A DNA stretch of 64,000 nt from the human T2T-CHM13v2.0 reference genome, Homo sapiens, in the NCBI RefSeq assembly GCF_009914755.1, contig NC_060938.1; one strand, 5' to 3'. Positions within the stretch are counted from its first letter, which is position 1. Every line of letters begins with the position of its first letter. This document shows, piece after piece, positions 25,388 through 48,886 of the stretch. A program made the translations under genes and the position numbers. Under the pieces are notes generated by a model. That model was not told the DNA's origin, did no database searches, and was given only the letters and a program-made list of their open reading frames with translations.

Positions 25388-26009
25388 ATTTAAAATATTC
25401 TAAATGCATAAAAATAAAGATTTTGGCTTTTGATATATATAATATTTATTCTGTTACTCAAAATGGAAGCTCAACTTCTCCCCCAAAATATAGCTCTGCT
25501 GGGCAGTTGCTGATATGCCCTCCTGGGAATTCTGGCAGCATAGCGTGCCTCTCTGTTCCCCAGCCTGAGCACAAACCACTCTTCTTGATCTCTAATACAG
25601 GCCACTACTGACAGGAGGCAGGTGAATGGCCTGAAAAACAAAGGGAGATTGCTTTGCTTCCTGTTGTGTTTTACATTTCAGTAAATGTGCTTGGAATATA
25701 GATTCTTGTTCAGATACTTTGCCTCTCTGTTGCCAGAGATTTGTAAGGGGGTAAGGGAAGAGGGAGTACAGAAAGCAACATTTCCTTGACTTCTTTAGCC
25801 TAATTGCAAGGCAGCTTTTCTCTAGGAATGCTTTTTCCCATGTCTTTCAAAATCACCCCTCACAGTACTCTGGGCCTGGACTTGTTCCTTGGGACCTTTG
25901 GGATTAGTGAAAAGAGTACTAATCAGGACACAAAGTCTGTTTTGCTCCTTTGACCGCTACCCCCTGCTCCCTGTCTGGTATGGACAAGATACATAGCCAT
26001 AATGATTGC

Positions 26010-26725
26010 TTAAAGTTCAATTTCAAACGTCTTCTGTAAGTCACTGGAGAAAGGGTTGGTAGGGGAGGGATTAGTACGCTGCTTGGACTTATTTTCTAAT
26101 GCAGCCCACTGGGCTTCAAAAGGATCCACTGGGCAGGTGCCTGTAGGAACCTCTGTATGCCTGTCTGCTGAGGCCAACCTGCCATCATCTACACCATTGA
26201 AAGCTGCAGAACCGTTGAGGTGCTGAGCAGGAGGCTTAAAGAAGGGACTGGTGGTAGCACTGCTTGCCTCGTAGTGAGGGAATGTCTGCTGCCTGACCAG
26301 GCTGGGTGACTGATGGGGATGGGCAGCCTGAGGGTGGCCTGCAGTGCCAAATACGTTGGCCACCATCTGGGAGGGAGTGATGCCCACCACAGGCACATTA
26401 GGGGCTGGATAGGGCATTCCATTGGCCACAGGATAGGACTGGGCAGGGACAAAGGCTGGTTGCAGGGCTGGGACCACACCCACTGGCACAGGCTGAGAGG
26501 TGAGGAATGCATTCCCTTGGAAAGGTGATGCTGGCTGGGAGATGGCAGTGGGTGGAGGAGGCTGGAGAACTGGCTGCAGAGGAGCAGCTGAGGCCTGGGG
26601 CTGCTGAGCCCGGACGCTCTTAGACACCTCTTCTAACCATCGGTCGGCCTCAGAGGGAGTACGTCTATGACCGGCCTGGAAGAGACCTGGAGAGGCAGCA
26701 CCAGAAGATTGACCCCACTCGGTCC
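26010..26725 (-). CDS. NUMB: NUMB last coding exon (exon 13): proline-rich region, DPF and NPF motifs
   Basis: ccag|GG ACC GAG...; GTEWGQSS...VDPFEAQW...TNPFSSDLQKTFEIEL*. Confidence 0.97.
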
Positions 26726-26958
26726 CTGGAACCAACAAGATGAGAGACAAAAGAATCAGTTAGGGGCATCTTTCCTCACCTTATAATCTTGGTTATTTGA
26801 ATGATCCTAACATGTACAACATGTCCCCCCCTAATGGGACATTTTGTGGTTTTGATAGGTAGGAGTAAAGTCTCTATTACCAACTGGGATTTTGTGGTAG
26901 GATGAAGAAAACTTGTCAAGACCATGCTGCTGTGTCAGCCACACTGAAGCACTGTCTA

Positions 26959-28043
<1,085 letters not shown>

Positions 28044-28156
28044 CTAGCACTTTTTGTAGGCCTCCTATTGTAGGAGGCAGGGCCCCCTCTTTCTACAGGA
28101 ATGTCTGCACATCACCAAATCCGGTGATGGATTCTCTGAGGTGGGGCCCTGGAATC

Positions 28157-28460
28157 TTTTTTTTTTTTTTTTTTTTTTTTTCGAGACAGAGTATTGCTCT
28201 GTTGCCCAGGCTGGAGTGCAGTGGTGCAATCTTGGCTCACGGCAAACTCTGTCTCCCAGGTTCAAGCGATTCTCCTGCCTCGGCCTCCTGAGTAGCTGGG
28301 ACTATATGCGCATGCCACCGCGCCTGGCTAATTTTTGTATTTTTAGTAGAGATGGTTTCACCATGTTGGCCAGGATGGTCTCCATCTCCTGACCTCGTGA
28401 TCCACCCACCTCAGCCTCCCAAAGTGCTGGGATTACAGGCATGTGCCAACACACCCAGCC
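28157..28460 (-). mobile_element. Alu with GGAATCT flanking duplication
   Basis: Antisense Alu consensus. Confidence 0.94.
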
Positions 28461-28717
28461 GGAATCTGTATTTTATAAAAGCTCTATGGGTGGGGCTCTG
28501 TTCCACAGTCCTGTTCCACAGTCCTAATGACTATCAGTCTGATCTCTTTTGTTCTCCTTCACCATCCTTTCTTATGTAAGCAACTTATTTCTAGGAGGGA
28601 ACATAGTTTTCCTGAAAGGATTCCTCCCTAGTTCCCACTCAGCTAACTGGCTGAGTTTTAGAACCAGGGTCACTTATCTGATCCCAGAATCCTCAACACC
28701 ATCTGTGGCCACCTTAC

Positions 28718-28861
28718 CCGAACATGTGGCTGCAATTTCCTTGTTAGCAGCATCAGGGGCATGGGCCCAAGGGTTGGTTTCACGCACAGGCATTGCTACG
28801 GGTGCTAGAGCAGTATGGGCTGGCTTAGCAAGCACATGGAAGGCTGAGTCAGTGCCATTAG
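28718..28861 (-). CDS. NUMB: NUMB alternatively spliced PRR-insert exon (exon 12, also called coding exon 9), 48 aa
   Basis: tag|CT AAT GGC...TCGG|gtaagg; 144 nt, phase 1-1; ANGTDSAFHVLAKP...EIAATCS. Confidence 0.96.
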
Positions 28862-28903
28862 CTACAACGGGAGCAGACAACATCAATGGAGTTAATTCAT
28901 GCA
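28857..28903 (-). promoter_or_regulatory. NUMB: Splicing-regulatory elements at the exon-12 acceptor: RBFOX UGCAUG (28898-28903), QKI/branch-like AUUAAC (28891-28896), exonic CUAAU (28857-28861)
   Basis: Minus strand: cccUGCAUGaAUUAACuccauugauguugucugcucccguuguag|CUAAU. RBFOX and QKI repression of this exon is established. Confidence 0.8.
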
Positions 28904-29311
28904 GGGTGTACAAGTGACCCCTTGGAGCTGTGTCAGTCAGGTGAATGTACAATACTGGTGGAATGGATAAGAGAGAAGAGTTGATGTTTGGGAAAACCAT
29001 GATATCTTGCATTGGATGTACATACCATTAGGCAAAGAAGGAATCAGAGATTGTAATTTTTAAATGGTTGTATAGATAAAGTCAAATAACTGTTCTAGGA
29101 AAATATGTGCATGGGGAGTGGGGAAATGAAACCTACGAAAACAATTTCAAATTAAGGTGAACAGAGCTGCTGCGTCTTAGGAGCAGCAAAAAATATCTAA
29201 CTATTCTAGATATAGCTTAGCCTTCGGCATAATGAAGTAGGTATAGCATTTCCCTCTTCTTCACTTTTCCAAAAGGTCAGATTATGTTAACAATAATACT
29301 GGTTAAAAATA

Positions 29312-29606
29312 GGCCAGGCGTGGTGGCTCACGCCTGTAATCCCAGCACTTTGGGAGGCCGAGGTGGGTGGATCACCTGAGGTCAGGAGTTCGAGACCAGC
29401 CTGGCCAACGTGGCGAAACCCCGTCTCTACTAAAAATACAAAAATTAGCTGGGTGTGGCAGTGTGCACTTGTAAACCTAGCTACTAGGGAGGCTGAGGCA
29501 GGAGAATCACTTGAACCCGGGAGGCGGAGGTTGCAATGAGCCTAGATCACACCACTGCACTCCAGCCTGGGCAACGGAGTAAGACTCCATCTCAAAAAAA
29601 AAAAAA
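29312..29606 (+). mobile_element. Alu (Sx/Sz-like)
   Basis: Full-length sense consensus. Confidence 0.95.
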
Positions 29607-30123
29607 TTACTCTTTGTTTCCTCCTCAAAAGTTAAAATGTATATATGATTCGTTATTATGTGCTAGTCATTAAGCTAATATTTTACATGCATCATTTCAT
29701 TTAATTATCTCAAAAACCCTACGAGTCTGGTATTATCCCCCTATTACAGATGAGAAATCGAAGTTGGTATGTTTTCATTTGCTTGATAGATTTCTAATTT
29801 GCTACACAATTAATTTCAACTTTTTTTGAAGGTTTTTTTTTTTTAACTCTCCTGGTAACTCACAGAACATTTTTTAACAAAGATTTTTTTCCCCCTCTAT
29901 GATGTTTACAATATCACAACATACCTACTATTCTTTCCTCATCTCCCCTTGTTAAAATCTGCTAACCCTTGTTCCTTTTACTCCAGATACCTATATTAGT
30001 TTCTTCTCCTTAGCCCAGCTCTCAATAACATTCAGTTTGGTGTAGACAAGCACCCTCCCCTGACCTACAATATAATTATATCCTTTTTAGGACTGGACAG
30101 CCATGCCTATGGTGTTGGTACTA

Positions 30124-30427
<304 letters not shown>

Positions 30428-31229
30428 GGTGTTGGTACTGTTTACCTAGAGTTTGTCTAAAAGACTGCCTTTGCTTTTTTGGTGGCAAAAAAATTTTTTT
30501 TTTCACCTAGAAACTGGGAGCCCTCTAAAGGCAGGGAAAGGAAACTGAAATATTCAATTTTGCACACTTAGTGCCTTGTAGGCTGGCAGAATCAGCAGAA
30601 TGTAACGGGTACTATATTCAGGAGGACCTGAGTTTAAATCCTGTCTGTAAGATTTGGGCAATTTACTTATCCTCTCTGAGCCTCTTTTTTTTTTTTCATC
30701 TGTAACACCTACCTCACAGGCTTGTTGTGGGGATTAAATGAAATAATGCATGAATACCTACCACAATGTGGCAAGCAATGTGTAAGTGCTCAATAAATGG
30801 TGCCTATTATTACCGGTATTATAAATGTTTGTTAGATGACATGAAAAGTCATTTGGTACACATGACTATGAAGGTTTATTAAAAAGAAAAAGAAAAAGAC
30901 CCTTGGAGAAAAAGTGTGTAGTTCTTCCAGTAGAAGCAGGGCACTATCTCTGGAGTAAAACTTCCGCTGAGCTCTCTTTCAAAAGAAATGGAGAAACAGC
31001 AATTATAGCAGCTCAAATTCTACAAGTCTGTAACTTAAGTTACATAAATTCTTTGCTGACCTCTGAGTCAATATCCACTATTTAGTCAGTATCTCTGAAA
31101 ACAACTTTTAACTCTTCAATGCCACAAAGGCAAATTTTAAGACACTTGTTATAGAAGATGAACTAAAGAGCTCAAAGGAGTGCCTTTTTCTTTATTAGCC
31201 TCTTTGACAGGGCAGAGACTAGGTGAGCC

Positions 31230-31431
31230 CAGGGCTTCTCAACATTGGCACCACTGACATTTTGGGCTGGATAATCCTTTGTTGTGGGTGCTGTCGTCTA
31301 CACTGAAGGATGTTTAGTGGCATTCTTGGCATCTAACCACAAGCCAGTAACACCCCCAACCCCCAACTTGTAAAGCCCCAAAATGTCTCCAGACAGTGAA
31401 AGACAAACTTTGCCCCAGTTGAGAACCACTA
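31230..31431. mobile_element. MER20-like DNA transposon
   Basis: CAGGGCTTCTCAAC...GGATGTTTAGTGGCATTC...GTTGAGAACCACT. Confidence 0.8.
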
Positions 31432-31796
31432 CACTAAAGAAAGCATAACCTTTGAACCAATTCTGATGACTACTGCTTTTGGGAAACTGGATGGGTATGC
31501 TGATCCTTAACAGTCAAGTGGGAAATAAGGCAGTAGGTTGGGACTACAGAAATTCCTTATAGAATGGGGTGAAAGATGGGCACATGCAGAATGACAAACA
31601 CAGACATCTTAGAAAACAGGAAGGGCACAAAGACATCATCGAATGGAGAAATCAATGAATCTAAGACATCAAATAGAGAAATTAATGGGTCTGACCAGGC
31701 CTTGGGAAGCTCAGGATGCCAACTTACAGTTAGTGAGCAGTGTACTAAAAGTACTGGTTGTAAAGAGAACAGCTGAGCAGGTCAGAGGGCACCAAC

Positions 31797-31943
31797 CTTG
31801 GAAGGTAGGAGATTGTGGTGCCACCACTGTCACTGGTTTGGTCATCGGAGCAGATGAGAAGGGGTCCTCAGGTGTGCTGAAGGCATTGGTGATCTGTGAG
31901 CACAGGGAGCTGATGCTCTCTGCCTCCCCTTCTACTTCTGGCA
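31797..31943 (-). CDS. NUMB: NUMB exon 11 (VPEVEGEAESISSLCSQIT...SPTFQ)
   Basis: cag|TG CCA...CAAG|gttggt; 147 nt, phase 1-1. Confidence 0.96.
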
Positions 31944-33524
31944 CTGCAAGGCAAACAGAAAATGGCTCCAGACAGAAAAATGGAATAATCCTGAAATTTG
32001 ACAGTATGATGCAAGCTGGCACTTTATACTGTATCTCCTGCTTATGTAAGAAAAGGCTCAATTAACTGTATGGCAGGGCTACAAAACCAGTTTCAAAAAA
32101 TTTACTGGCCACAATTTCATTGGCTTTTCAGATGGGAAAGTATAAAATGTCAACAATTAATGTACTAAGGCACATCTTCCTCCCTTACAAATCCCCAAAT
32201 TTCTTCATTTCTTCTTCTTATAACACTGTTGAGGATCTGTCCTTTTTGTGCCAAGATGTTCAGCTAGCCAGATCTTTGTAGAAGACATTTGCAACCTGTA
32301 TGCCTTCCAACGTGTTCTCAAGACTGTGATCTGAATTAGGTTCTGGAGCCTTTAGTAATTCTGTCAGGAAAATGGGTTCAAGTCTGGGCACTAGTGGATG
32401 CTTAGTGCTTTTCTCTGTAACAAACTATGACAATGTCATCAATCTCATTTTTCTCCAAAGTCTCCAGTACTAAGCATATGATCTATGATAACATGAAAAA
32501 GTGAGCAGAGGTGTAGGACGCTAGGGCCTTTATTCTTAATACTGACTCTAGGATACTTCTGTATCACTGAGGAAGCTAATTATGTGTGCTAAAGCTCTGT
32601 TTGCTCATCTGTAAAGAGAATAATAGTTTTTATTCCCTGTCTGCCCTAGAAGGAGACTGAACTGAAATGAGGTACCTCAGCTGAGAACTGAAAAGACCCT
32701 CCGTAATCATCTAGTCCAACTATTCTTTAGGCCTAGTTTCATCTGTCAGATGAACTTAACTCTCTGTACTTTTATACCATCAGTAGGAATGGCCTATTGA
32801 GACAGTTTCCTCATATTTTGTTATAGCAATGGCTTGACATGTCTCAGAGGGAAGTAAAATAGAGATAGAGCCCAACAAAAGCACTGACCAGATCTAATAC
32901 TTTAGCTACAGATTTTATGACGAGGATAGACCTATAGAGGCTGGCATAGCTGTACAGAGGCCACACAAAGGCCTGTGAGACGGTTCTGAAAGGTAATGAA
33001 TACTTGTGAACAAGTCCACTGTCTGTGATGAACAACAGATCTTAGATGTACACGAAAGACCTGTCTAGAGTTTCCTCCTTATGGAGCCAACCAGCCAGAA
33101 GGACAATGAGCACATATCCATTTCTTCTGCTGGTAATGCTATGTGTTTCTAAGGCCTCTTTAATTAATTCCCTGCTGGGTCCCAATGGCAGAATAAGAAT
33201 AGAAACTTGAGACCCTTGATGTTTGGGAGCAGGTTGGCTGAAAGGCAGTGAATGCACTTACATCAGGACAAACCACAAATCTTATGGCTTAGGCTAGAAA
33301 TTCCACAATGGCTCTGCTGCCTGTTTGTTGAAGAGAAATTATGGATTCACATCCCCCTCCACGGACCTTAGTTTTCCCACTATGGGAAATGACAAAAGAT
33401 ACAACTATCAACGAACCTCAGGGAAAGAGGAATGCCTAGTTTAATGGGATTAGTGTCTTCATGGGAAGTGATGAGAATGCTTCAGTGCTCGAGTACCCAG
33501 TGAGTCAGGTAGATGCTACATTAC

Positions 33525-33818
33525 CTGCATTTTTAATGGGGAAATCAGTCTTCCTCTGCATAGTGGAAGGCAACTCATTGATGCGTAGGGATAGTTGGCG
33601 TTTAAAGGGTGACATCTTCTGGCTAAGAGCAGGAAAACCTCGGAAAGAGCCTTGGCGAGCAAGCTGTTCAATTGGAGCATGCCGGCGTGGGATGGCATGA
33701 GGATTGTTCATCTCCAGAGAGGTCGTGGCATCAGAAGTAGGAGAGGTGGGAGAGGATGGGGATGGGGCAGTGTTGCCAGGGGCAACTGATGAACCAACGA
33801 CTATCTTATCTGTTTCAG
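33525..33818 (-). CDS. NUMB: NUMB exon 10 (AETDKIVVG...RQGSF...RQLSL...FPIKNA), NumbF region with phosphosites
   Basis: ttcttgag|CT GAA...GCAG|gtaatg; 294 nt, phase 1-1. Confidence 0.95.
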
Positions 33819-34275
33819 CTCAAGAAAATAAAGAGAATGAAGACCTTAGCAATGTCTTCAAATAATTTGCGTTTAGAGAGCTGACAAATTCGAAAGCCCT
33901 CTAGGTCCTTTTACCCATTTCCTTCCCAGTGTCTCTTAAAACATAAGTTAGAAGCAGGGTTCGGATCCATTTTTCAGACAGATAAAAGGCTTAGTAATGT
34001 ACTATATGTCACAAAGCATATCTACTAAGACAGAAATGTTAGATCTTTTATTCTCATTCAGTGATTTATAAATTAAGACTGTGAAAAAGATCTTAAAAAC
34101 TCAGTTCCTATGAATTCCTAATATGTAGTCTTTTAAAGAATGATTCATGATTTTCAATGCTTGTGTGTTAGGGGAGGAGAACTTTGGGAACTGTAGCATT
34201 AGAAAGGTCTAAATAAGCATAAGCTTAACCATATATCTTTGATTAGGTGTCAAAGAATGTCATATATAACAGTCT

Positions 34276-35776
<1,501 letters not shown>

Positions 35777-36547
35777 TCAAAATTATATTAATGTCTATTA
35801 GTTAACTTGAATTGTTTGTGCTTGTCTTGTTGGTTTTAACCCTACTTATATACAAGAATTCAAAAGTATTTTCAAGCCCTATCATTTAGTTGTAAAATAT
35901 ACCCAACTCACATTTATAGACTGCCAACTAACTTGAATGTTTGTACAGGCATTTCTGCTGTGATGCCATGTGTACCTAAATAAAACTCACACTCTATAAA
36001 ATCACACACTAAATTAAATTAACAGGGCTATAGAAAAAAGAGTTATAGGCTTACCTCTCAAAATCTATAGACTTTTGTGACTAGAAAGCACTAAAAAACA
36101 GCAATAATATCATATAAACAGTATTACTGTTAAATCTCTCTGCTAGCATCATAGTCCGTGGATGCTTTGCAGCCTTAAGCCCTGGGACCTCTGCTGCTTC
36201 CTTTAAGATGCAGGTACTTGATTCATTTGCTTCTCAAAGAGATCAGATGCATCAGAATTAAAAAGGTATTTCAGGATGGGAGGAAGGGGGTAAGAGATGT
36301 CTCTGCAGCTTCTTCAACTGCACTCTGATTCCTCAGATAGCTTACTATAATGGAGTAAATATTTTTGAAGCCATTAAACTAGCCACTCTAAAGGAAGCGG
36401 TTTTTAAGATTTTCAACTTTGTTATAAGGTTTTATATTGCTAAGGGTTCTCTTTGATTATGAGAAAATTTACCCCTGGTAGCTTCAAAATAATACCTTGT
36501 TGGGAAAAACTGCATTCCATAAATACACACTGTAGAACAGATTGTAC

Positions 36548-36752
36548 CTTTCTTGGCATCTTGCATTTGTTTCATGATCTCCTCTCTTTCTGCTTGTTCA
36601 GTGGCTGTTGTGACACGGAATGATCCTTCTCTTGTAAAAGTGGTCCGACTAGCATCAAAAGTAGCAGTCACTCCACATTCCTTCTCCCGCTTCTGCTTGC
36701 GCTCTAAACAGGCTGCAAAAGCACAGCCTACTGCATGGCTCAACCTTTCACC
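36548..36752 (-). CDS. NUMB: NUMB exon 9, end of PTB domain ([20 protein letters not shown]...QDAKK)
   Basis: cag|GGT GAA...AAAG|gtacaa; 205 nt. Confidence 0.97.
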
Positions 36753-36817
36753 CTGTAAGAGCAGATTTTAAAAGCTTTTCAGAATTACACTACTAACAAT
36801 TACATACAAATAAGTCT

Positions 36818-38485
<1,668 letters not shown>

Positions 38486-40121
38486 ACTAACAATGAGACA
38501 AAAGCTTTGCTGTCTCCCCTTTCTGAATCCCCCCTCTAAGCAACCCTCCTCATTTATGGCCCTCCGTGCTTTTAGGTTTTCCCCCATACCCTTCCTATCT
38601 TCCTCTAGCTCTAATTCCCAACTCTACCTCCCAACCAAACACAGGCAAAAGTGAAAGCATGTTTTCATCCACACTGTCTACTTATAAAAGAATTAAGCAG
38701 ATAAAACTGGTTTGTGTATGGGAGGAGTGGAGGACGTATATAAACAAAACACTGCTTTATATAGATACACTGGATTACCCAGAGTCAATTTAATAAATTC
38801 AATGGATGATTTTTAGCAGGGTTATCTGTATTTTAGACCATTTTGCTAATTGTGGAATAAAAAAGCTAGAGATGGTACAATAATTGTTGGCATCATTCAC
38901 AGTGAGAAGAGATATTTGGGAACAGGAAGTCTTTTGTGGTGTTCTCAAAATCACACCACGTAGGCAGCTGCTCCTACACACGGCTCTGAACAAGTCGTCT
39001 CACTGGATTTTGCATGACAGTATTAGTTGTCATAAGGACAGGTAAGGTTTAAAATGCTTTATGTCCCTAAGATTTTACTACCTTTGACTACTTTTTAAAA
39101 ATTTTTAAACTTTTTAAAAAAACTTTTGACTACTTATTTAAAGACTGATAGAATTACTCTATGAATCCACATGAGTTTCCATCTAACTTCCCAGTAGGAT
39201 GACATTAGGCCAGATGTTAAAGCATGAAACAGGAGTACTGAAAGATTCTTAGAATGTGTTTGCATTTGAACGCAGGTCTATTATAAGGACAGAGCTACAG
39301 GTCAAGGAAGCTTGCTTATTCTTTCTCCTAGGCCTAGGGCAGAAGTTGTTGAAGAGTGACCTCATCCCCAACCAACAGCATCATCTGGGAACATTTAAGT
39401 GCAAATTCTTAAGTACCAACCCCAAACTCACTGAATGAAAAACGCTGGAGATGGGGCCCAGCAATCTATGTTTTAAAACAAGTCCTCCAGGTGATTTTGA
39501 TACAGTAGAACTATTGGCCTAGGAGATTCAAACAGGCTGCCGGGCCACTATTTGACAACAAAATGGTTTTTAAGTTATTATCTGGAAACTCTTGAACTCC
39601 AGATTTTTAAAGTGTAGTGATAGCAAAATATACCAAGTTTGTGGTTTACTTAGGGTCTGAGAAACAGAAGACAAAAGCACAGTTTTGTTACTTCAACTCA
39701 TTTCAAAGCACCTGTGTCAAACCAATGAAGGACAGCTTACACAATATTCGCTAAAATTTTTGGAGTAATGTGGCCCAGAACCTATGCTAAGTGTGCTTAT
39801 AATCTTTATCCAATTTAGTATTCACAACCACTTTCTCCATTTATAGAAGTGTATACCAAGACAGAGAATGTTAAGTAACTTGCCCCAAATCCCACAGCTA
39901 GTAAGAACCAGAATCAGAACTGAAACCCATATCTGACTCAGAGCCTGAGCTCTTAGCATTTGTTTACACCAATGTCTCAAAGATCTTTAAACAATTTTGG
40001 TCAATTTTTAGACCATGGCCACTACTTATCTTCCAGATTAAACGTTGGCAAGAGCTTTACTGACCTGTAACCTTCACGAATGGCTATACTGCCTATTCTG
40101 TCTCGACACTTGCTGTACATA

Positions 40122-40351
40122 CAGTTTGAGTATCTCTTTTCTGAAATGCTTGGGACCAGAAGTGTTTCTGATTTTAGATTTTTTTCAGATTTTGGAATAT
40201 TTGCATTATACTTAACAAGCTGACATCCCAAATCCGAAAAGCCAAAATCCAAAATGCTCCAATGAGTATTTCTGTTGAGTGTCATGTCGGTGCTCAAAAA
40301 GTTTAGAATTTTGGAGCATTTCAGATTTTCGGATTTGAAATGCTCAACTTA
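40122..40351. mobile_element. Tigger4a/MER46-like Tc1-mariner MITE
   Basis: TA-flanked; terminal inverted repeats CAGTTTGAGTAT...ATGCTCAACTTA; TGCTTGGGACCAGAAGTGTTTC motif. Confidence 0.8.
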
Positions 40352-40504
40352 TAGTAAAATCATTGTCATTTAAAAGAGACTTGTCTTTCATGTTAAAATT
40401 CTGGGTAATTTACATAAAGAATGAAATTATTCTCTATTTTAAAACAAAACTTCTATCATGCAACAATTTCTAGCGTTGTTCATTCTACCGTAACTTAGTA
40501 TTTC

Positions 40505-41782
<1,278 letters not shown>

Positions 41783-42171
41783 CAACTTCTTTCATTTGTA
41801 GTAGTCTCTATGCAAATACATTTTTAATACCATACTCATATATGTTAGCCAACAAATACATTTAAGAACCCTGAAAATACTTCCAATAATTAAAAGTTTC
41901 AAATAAAGTTTAGCAACCACTATCACCAGACCATTTTTACCTTCCTTTAATGATCTTTGGTTTCAGCCAATCATTTTGTTCAGTGAGTTGCAACTCCTGG
42001 GGTTACATCAAGAGTGTGAACTATTTGAATAAAAGGAGCTGAAAGTAGGCTAGTTTAGGCACTTCCAAGTACTTGTTAAAAATGTAGTAGAAACCGCTTG
42101 GCTGAGCAAACCCAGAAAGAGCCCAGCTAACTGAGAATACTCATCATGAAATACATATTTGCTGGACTCAC

Positions 42172-42312
42172 TGTGTCCTTGACAGCCATGAAGCAGTGAC
42201 AGATCCAGCGACGAGTGGTGCCATCACGGCATATGTAAGAAAAGGCTCTATCAAAGTTCCTGTCTGGGGCACAGAAAGAAACTTTCTCTATCGTCTGGTC
42301 AACTATGAGGTC
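42172..42312 (-). CDS. NUMB: NUMB exon 8, PTB domain ([18 protein letters not shown]...[12 protein letters not shown])
   Basis: tag|GAC CTC...ACA|gtgagt; 141 nt, phase 0-0. Confidence 0.97.
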
Positions 42313-42709
42313 CTAGAAAATACGACACACAAAGAAAGAGAAGACTTATGAGGTTATCTGAGCTTCTCAGAACACAGGATGTTCATTTCATGATGCACAA
42401 TCCATACATCTGATACAACTAGGCTATGGAATACCTAGATCTGTGTCCAGCAGTTTAAATACTGAGAATTGGACTCAGCAGACATCCCAAGAGGCACTTT
42501 GCCCAGATACCTCTCTCAACTACATGTTCTAAAGCATATGCTTGTTGATTCTAGTTTTACATCTCTTTCATGGTAGATTCCACATTCAACAATATATGTA
42601 AATCAGTATCTTTAATCCTTTGGATAAAAAAAAAATCCTTTGGGTTTATTTCCAAATATAAGCAAATACATATAATAGTCATGTTTATGCTAACTTCGTT
42701 ACACAATGA

Positions 42710-45600
<2,891 letters not shown>

Positions 45601-46675
45601 AGGAACACTATCAGAATCAAGATAGACATGAGTTGAGAGGTGGGATAGCAAGGCAATCTGACAGAGCTTCTTGCTCAAAGGTTAAGGGCTTCAGATTTCA
45701 GCTTCTGTTTCATAAAAATTTGTGCAGATCATGGCATGGTGTTATCACCAATACTGATCCCAACATGGTATTAGTTCCCGCTTATAGTGAAATACAAGGT
45801 GGGAAGATGGTCCCAATGGTGACAAGCCACCAATGACTACTAATTACTACTATTCAGTGTGGAAAAAACTAAACTAATGAATGCCAGTGGTGTAAGTAGC
45901 CACAAGGGGGCAATATCACTTTCCAACTATTGTATAAAACAATTAAATACATAGCTTTCAAGTATAACAAATTTCATCCAAACACTAATGAAAACTACAC
46001 AAGTTCCAAAAAATAATTAAAATGATCACTGTTTCCAACAGTAATGTACTAAAAGTGAAGACTATTGCTTCTCTTGAACTTAAAAAAAAGTATGCAATGT
46101 AATAAGGTCAAATAACTAAAATGCAGCTATATTAAACCACTTGAAATTTACCAGGCAAGTTGCCTATCAAAACTGCTTTTTACCTGCCAGACTTTCTCCC
46201 CTTTCAGTGGCATTTGAATTTTTTTTTTTTAATTATCTTCTTGTTAAATTTCTTCCTGACTTTAGGTATTCTAGGAAATTTTAATTAATAATTAAATGTA
46301 CTTATATAACACCCTATGCTTTCTAGGGGTAGAGCTGTGTGTCTATTCTTATTTAGGCATTTAGGATCACTGTCTCTCAAATGCAAAATGGTACCTATGA
46401 TTTGAGATATTATTTGGATTCTAAGTAAATGTTAACCAAAGAGCCATTCACTAGTCCTTAAGATGTCACTTAAATTGAGTTTTGAGTCAAAAGCCAGGTT
46501 AATTAGTTCAAATATCATTTTCTTAAAATAGTGTTTTCTTCAGAGCAAGAAGAAATTTCAGATGTGGAGTCCATCTTTTTTTAATTTTAAAACATGGTAA
46601 AAGGATAGTCTATCATCTATTGTATCAAATTTGTGAGAGTGGAAACTTATTAAAAAATATATAAGAACAAAAATA

Positions 46676-46982
<307 letters not shown>

Positions 46983-47257
46983 TTAACACTAAATGCTAAT
47001 GCTTAGTACCTTAGACATGCTATGTCATGTAGAACAAAATGTTGAGAGAATACTATTTCTCATAAAGTAAATGAGTAACTAAAGTGGTTTCCTGAACGTT
47101 AAATAGTCTCTCAGGAGATTGTACTTTGGACTAAGTGGAAGGATAAAGCTTCAACAATATAATACCCTTCAACAGCTTAAGGGTATTATATTTGATCATT
47201 AGAGATTTTAAAAAACATATGAGCAGTCCCATTTAAGCTTATAAGAATCTTACCTTA

Positions 47258-47802
<545 letters not shown>

Positions 47803-48355
47803 TTAAGAGAAACCAAAAAGGGGAGGGGGAGATACACATATATAATATTAAAAAAATGTCATCTTCCACAGAAAACACTGACTCTGCCTTCCAAAAGTCA
47901 CAAGTACAGATGGAGTCCAAGTTCAGGAGTGGTGCCCAAACCCAGATACTCAAACCAAACTGCAGAAACATTCAGGAAAAAACAAGCCAAAGCCATTATT
48001 TTAGAAACACAACGCAAAACAATAAGATAAAATTAAGTAAAAGGGAAGTAACAGATGGAATAAAAACCAAGATATCACATTCCATAAAGGGCAAAGAATT
48101 CATAACTAGATTCTTCACCCATTTAAAAAAATCAACCAAGAAAACCAGAGTCAGATAATTATTAAATACATAAGGAGTTACACCACAAGTAGCGTCCACA
48201 AGTGTATTTAGAGCAGGAAGTAACATGTCTAAATTGAGATGTTGACCATTCTACTATCCTATGACCCCCAGTATGTTATAGCAGGACCCTTGGTCACCTA
48301 AAATTTTCACGTTAAAAACACAGTAAGTCTTCATTATTCTATTAACAGTCTTTAA

Positions 48356-48886
<531 letters not shown>

